Source of the DNA: a virus
IMG/VR virus record: IMGVR_UViG_3300028045_000007
Coordinates: 1-64,000 of that record
Length of the DNA: 64,000 nucleotides
Strand: one strand, 5' to 3'
Part shown: positions 60,423-64,000 of the stretch, piece after piece
How the letters are laid out: the number at the start of each line of letters is the position of its first letter
How positions within the stretch are numbered: the first letter of the stretch is position 1
Translations under genes and position numbers: made by a program
Notes under the pieces: generated by a model
Seen by the model: only the letters and a program-made list of their open reading frames with translations
The model's database searches: none
What the model was told of the DNA's origin: nothing

Positions 60423-60961
60423 CACTACTACCTAGTAATCAAGATCTTACGGCAGCCAGCGGTTTAGTCAATATACCGTTCCTGGAGGGTATTTATCATT
60501 CTATGATGGATGAGGCGATGCTTGATATGGGGCGTGTGGTGACATTTCATTTGCCAGCTATTAGACAACAAGATACGACCACACAAAGCAAGGCTGCTCC
60601 ACAACAGTTTAATCCTTTCTTTGGTGGAGTTGCTGTACCGCAACATACCACTAGGCAGCCGGGGGTGCAGGTTACGCATCGCGATGTCAATTACAATGCT
60701 CAGATTGTGCTTGGACCGCAAAAAGTTGATAATGATGCCCAGGGCATCGGCGAATTGCTTGATGGCGAAGCAATGATTACTGTTGTTATTGAGGCATTAG
60801 AACACGTTGAAGAGGCTCATAGCGTCAGCATCGAGGGTCGTCGCTATGCTGTTCAGCATCCTACTCGCCCGGTTGGCTTTAGCCAAAGACGTTATCTAAT
60901 GGTAAAGCTTAGAGAGATTCAAGAGCTTGAGCCAGGAACCCCCGACAATACGGTTGGCTAA
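60419..60961 (+). CDS. Putative head closure/neck protein
   Basis: Synteny only. Confidence 0.45.
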   Translation: MTLLPSNQDLTAASGLVNIPFLEGIYHSMMDEAMLDMGRVVTFHLPAIRQQDTTTQSKAAPQQFNPFFGGVAVPQHTTRQPGVQVTHRDVNYNAQIVLGPQKVDNDAQGIGELLDGEAMITVVIEALEHVEEAHSVSIEGRRYAVQHPTRPVGFSQRRYLMVKLREIQELEPGTPDNTVG

Positions 60962-60963
60962 TC

Positions 60964-61989
60964 ATGGGACTTGAATATAAACTACGCAGCTTGCTAAAGT
61001 TGAACTATAAGTTCTTCATTGACATGCATATGTTACGTGAAGGGGCTTTCACTACGATAGCATCTGGAGCAACATTCTATGATGGTAGCGACATGAGTGT
61101 TCTACTGCCAGATGCTCATGCAGATGATACGTTATATGGCGTTGCAGACGGACAAGTGTGGCAATCTCCTTTTCGACAATGGGTATACGAGTCTGGTGTT
61201 CCTCTCGATGGCACCAACGTTCCGTCGCCGCCTCTAGTTGCTTCGGGCGTTTACATTGAGGGTGCCTTCAGGGCTACAAATGATGCTGTCTTCCCGCACA
61301 CCATCGATTACATTAATGGTAGAGTAATCTTTGACACCCCTCAATCATTGGATTTACAGGTACACGGAGAATTCTCGACGCGAGAGGTTCGTGTAGGGTT
61401 TGAGCATGAGTTCAACCGACAGTTTAATACGGGGTTTTTGAATAGTAAGTATACTACAAACCCACTCACGTCCATGCAGTTGGTTTATCCTTCTGGTGCA
61501 GCACAACCATTCCCAGCCGTTTTTATTGAAGTAGATCGTCGAGACTTTAGTGCTTTCGAACTAGGAAACCGCAGTGCAATCATCGAAGACGAAATTAAGC
61601 TACATGTTTGGGCCGTCAATGACATTCAGCGTGACAACATTGTGGATATCTTAACTGGACAATGGCGTAAAGCATTGCCCATGATAGACTTCAATATTGC
61701 ACCATTGCCGCTTTCTGGCATATACAATACCTTGTCTCCTGAATATGTTGCATATCAGACTATGCTGAGAAATACAACTCTAGTGACCACAATTGGCTCT
61801 GGAGTGCCGATTCGATACATCTCTCACATCGATGAAGCGTATGCTCAAAATCTTCCCGCTGCGGAGGAATATGAGAGGGCGTTGGTGACGTATGTAGTCA
61901 AAGTATATCTTAACGCTCCAACTACGCCGCTAGGACAGGTTTTCGGTCCCATCACTACATTGCCGACTATACAGGACCCCGGTATTTAG
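60964..61989 (+). CDS. Putative tail terminator/completion protein
   Basis: IDYINGRVIF, PAVFIE, QRDNIVDIL; precedes the tail gene. Confidence 0.5.
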   Translation: MGLEYKLRSLLKLNYKFFIDMHMLREGAFTTIASGATFYDGSDMSVLLPDAHADDTLYGVADGQVWQSPFRQWVYESGVPLDGTNVPSPPLVASGVYIEGAFRATNDAVFPHTIDYINGRVIFDTPQSLDLQVHGEFSTREVRVGFEHEFNRQFNTGFLNSKYTTNPLTSMQLVYPSGAAQPFPAVFIEVDRRDFSAFELGNRSAIIEDEIKLHVWAVNDIQRDNIVDILTGQWRKALPMIDFNIAPLPLSGIYNTLSPEYVAYQTMLRNTTLVTTIGSGVPIRYISHIDEAYAQNLPAAEEYERALVTYVVKVYLNAPTTPLGQVFGPITTLPTIQDPGI

Positions 61990-62068
61990 TGTACTATCGT
62001 TTAGCGGCAATGGTACCACGCTGTGAGATTTTGAGTTCATGAACTGCCCCGATTAGGGAGGAAACAAT

Positions 62069-63487
62069 ATGGCTAACAACAACCGTGTCTTCTGGGCGAT
62101 CGAGCAAGTCGCCATTAAAGATAACGCAGCTCCTCCGACTGGGGCTGTGGCACCTGTAAACTCACGAGAGTTTAGTACAGGCGTCCTTGCTTCTGGTATT
62201 GACGAGATTGGGGGTATCTGGGAGGTACCTCGTGGTCTTCAAAGTATTGGTATGTCCACGACGTTTAATCTTGAGCAAGTTTTCCAACTTGGACAAGTAG
62301 AGCTTTACGAGTATTCTGAGCGTCAACCAGATATTGAAGTCACCATGTCAAAGATTATCGACGGTACCAAGCCGTTGTTCTTGATGGTGACCGATCCGGC
62401 TGGTGCTAATGACATTGTGGCTCGTACTACCAGTTATCGAGTCGATGTTGCTCTCCAGATCTATCCTGATTCACAATTCCGTGCCACCGGCAGACCGCAG
62501 TCTATTGTTACTGCTTCCGGCATGTACTTGTCCAACGTCTCGTACGTTTTCCCGATTGATGGTGCGGTCACCGAAGACGTAACGTTAGTTGGTAACGACA
62601 AGATTTGGGGTTCGATCGTGGCGGTTAGTGGTCAAACTGCTGGTCATGATGGCGGTCAAGGTGGCGGCGAGCCGCTGGTTCCGTGGCCCGATGCTCAAGA
62701 TGGTGAGACTCCTATGGCTCCGGAAGGTACACCATCTGGTGTATTTGGTCACGATGGCCTGACTTCGGCTCTTGTCGAAGGTGGTGCGTCAGAATTGGCT
62801 GGCGGCACAGATCGTTTTGGTGTTATCATCGTAGGTTCTGGCGTACAGCGTCGCGAAGAGATTGACATCCGTCGCTCTATTCTACCGCGAGATATTCCTG
62901 GTGTCATTAGTCCTGTTGTGTCTGGTATTGATGCGGCCTATGTAAACGGCGGCGGTGGTGCTGAGGGTCCTGGTACCCTGCTTGGCACCGACGTGTTGAT
63001 TGGTAATGCCAACACTGACTATATTGCAGAGCACGTTCAGTCAATCACTTTGTCCTTCGCGATTGCACGTGAAGACATCTTTGAACTTGGTTCGAAGCGT
63101 CCATACGTCAAGGTGCCTGATTATCCGCTAGAGGCGACGACTGCTGTTGAGGTTATCACGGCTCAGGGTGACTTGGTTGATGCCACTTCTACTCCTGATT
63201 ATGGTGGTGACAACACATCGTCCTCTAACACGGTTATCATCCGTACTTGCGATGGTCTCCAGGTTGACCTTGGTGACACCAACCGTCTGACGGGCGTTGA
63301 TATGGGTGGCGGAGATGCTGGCGGTGACAATATGACTGTTACCTACAACTACTCTAGCTTTAACGTATTCAACGTTTCTCATGACTTCTTCCAGCCCAAC
63401 CACCGTGTTTTAGTATTCGAAACCGGGAACAGTCGCTTCAACGTTGGGGCTCCTTCGTTCCTGCGTTCTGATTTGGGTATCTTCTAG
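62069..63487 (+). CDS. Major tail (tube) protein
   Basis: GLQSIG..T.FNLEQVFQLGQ.E.YE and REDIFELG.K.PY; strong RBS; terminator follows. Confidence 0.65.
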   Translation: MANNNRVFWAIEQVAIKDNAAPPTGAVAPVNSREFSTGVLASGIDEIGGIWEVPRGLQSIGMSTTFNLEQVFQLGQVELYEYSERQPDIEVTMSKIIDGTKPLFLMVTDPAGANDIVARTTSYRVDVALQIYPDSQFRATGRPQSIVTASGMYLSNVSYVFPIDGAVTEDVTLVGNDKIWGSIVAVSGQTAGHDGGQGGGEPLVPWPDAQDGETPMAPEGTPSGVFGHDGLTSALVEGGASELAGGTDRFGVIIVGSGVQRREEIDIRRSILPRDIPGVISPVVSGIDAAYVNGGGGAEGPGTLLGTDVLIGNANTDYIAEHVQSITLSFAIAREDIFELGSKRPYVKVPDYPLEATTAVEVITAQGDLVDATSTPDYGGDNTSSSNTVIIRTCDGLQVDLGDTNRLTGVDMGGGDAGGDNMTVTYNYSSFNVFNVSHDFFQPNHRVLVFETGNSRFNVGAPSFLRSDLGIF

Positions 63488-63606
63488 TAAGGTACTGTTC
63501 GGCGGCGAGGTCTCGGGGGTGATCTCGCCGCTCTTTCTACCCCCAGGTGCAAGGTACAATTCGTTTTGCGTACACAGTAGGGGCACCATCGTGCCCCTTT
63601 TTTAGT

Positions 63607-64000
63607 ATGACGGTACAGGATAAAATCAATAAGCTTTTGTGGGATCGTAGATGTGTCGTGTTTCCTAGCGACATGGAGATCCCAGATGGTCTAGAATATG
63701 TTATGTTGTTGGACCTGACGTTAGAAGACCGCAATCGCTATATCATGGTACGCGATTTAGAGGAACGCAAGAATCGTGCTATGGGAGTCCCTACCGAGGG
63801 TGAGCTACTTGACAATGCTCGTGCGGGGGGATATTGGGGCGACGTAGAGACAGAGATCGAAAGTCATGCCGACGAACACTTGGCTTTTCTTGAGGCAGAA
63901 TTTAACGCAAAGAAGAAGTTTAAATCTCGTCAAAATATCATCAAGAAACAGATTGAAGATACGATTGCCAAGCAAGAGTGGGTAAAGCGTAAACGCAATG
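63607..64000 (+). CDS. Partial CDS, possible tail assembly chaperone
   Basis: Open frame MTVQDKINKLLWDRR... to the window end; position after the tail gene. Confidence 0.5.
   Translation, partial: MTVQDKINKLLWDRRCVVFPSDMEIPDGLEYVMLLDLTLEDRNRYIMVRDLEERKNRAMGVPTEGELLDNARAGGYWGDVETEIESHADEHLAFLEAEFNAKKKFKSRQNIIKKQIEDTIAKQEWVKRKRN

Noticed and set aside
44185-64000. Stop-codon reassignment
   Set aside because: Terminase, portal, capsid and tail genes are intact under the standard code and end in TAG, TAA or TGA.

Overview
This window is part of a large tailed dsDNA phage genome (standard genetic code, no cellular housekeeping genes) in four blocks. (1) 1-11.5 kb, minus strand: a partial HNH gene, a ~1.35 kb non-coding unit bracketed by two atypical tRNA-like RNAs, rIIA/rIIB, a radical SAM gene, nucleotide/RNA-end-processing genes, and small ORFs joined by a repeated LEKE-stop-GATATAACC-ATG junction. 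(2) 11.6-30.8 kb, plus strand, visibly more GC-rich early-type region: a tRNA-fMet variant, a 195-nt tRNA-shaped RNA whose anticodon arm is replaced by a multi-hairpin domain, and dozens of small, mostly leaderless genes behind TTGACW-N16-TATACT promoters. From 21.5 to 30 kb these genes sit in a cassette array separated by ~170-250 bp mosaic repeats (hairpin, palindrome YGTRGCTWAGCYACG, A-tract, promoter), with a sigma54-type promoter and IHF-like sites pointing back into the array. (3) 30.8-43.7 kb, minus strand: accessory genes (phosphoesterase, nucleotidyltransferase, SLOG, dCMP deaminase, secreted/lipoproteins). (4) 44-64 kb, plus strand: sigma factor, two glycosyltransferases and FkbM methyltransferase, ERCC4 nuclease, terminase, portal, scaffold, capsid, head-tail and tail genes. 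The most novel-looking items are the anticodon-less or remodelled tRNA-like RNAs with the tRNA-bracketed ~1 kb RNA, and the two repeat-punctuated gene arrays. All calls were made by eye; no database search or folding program was run.
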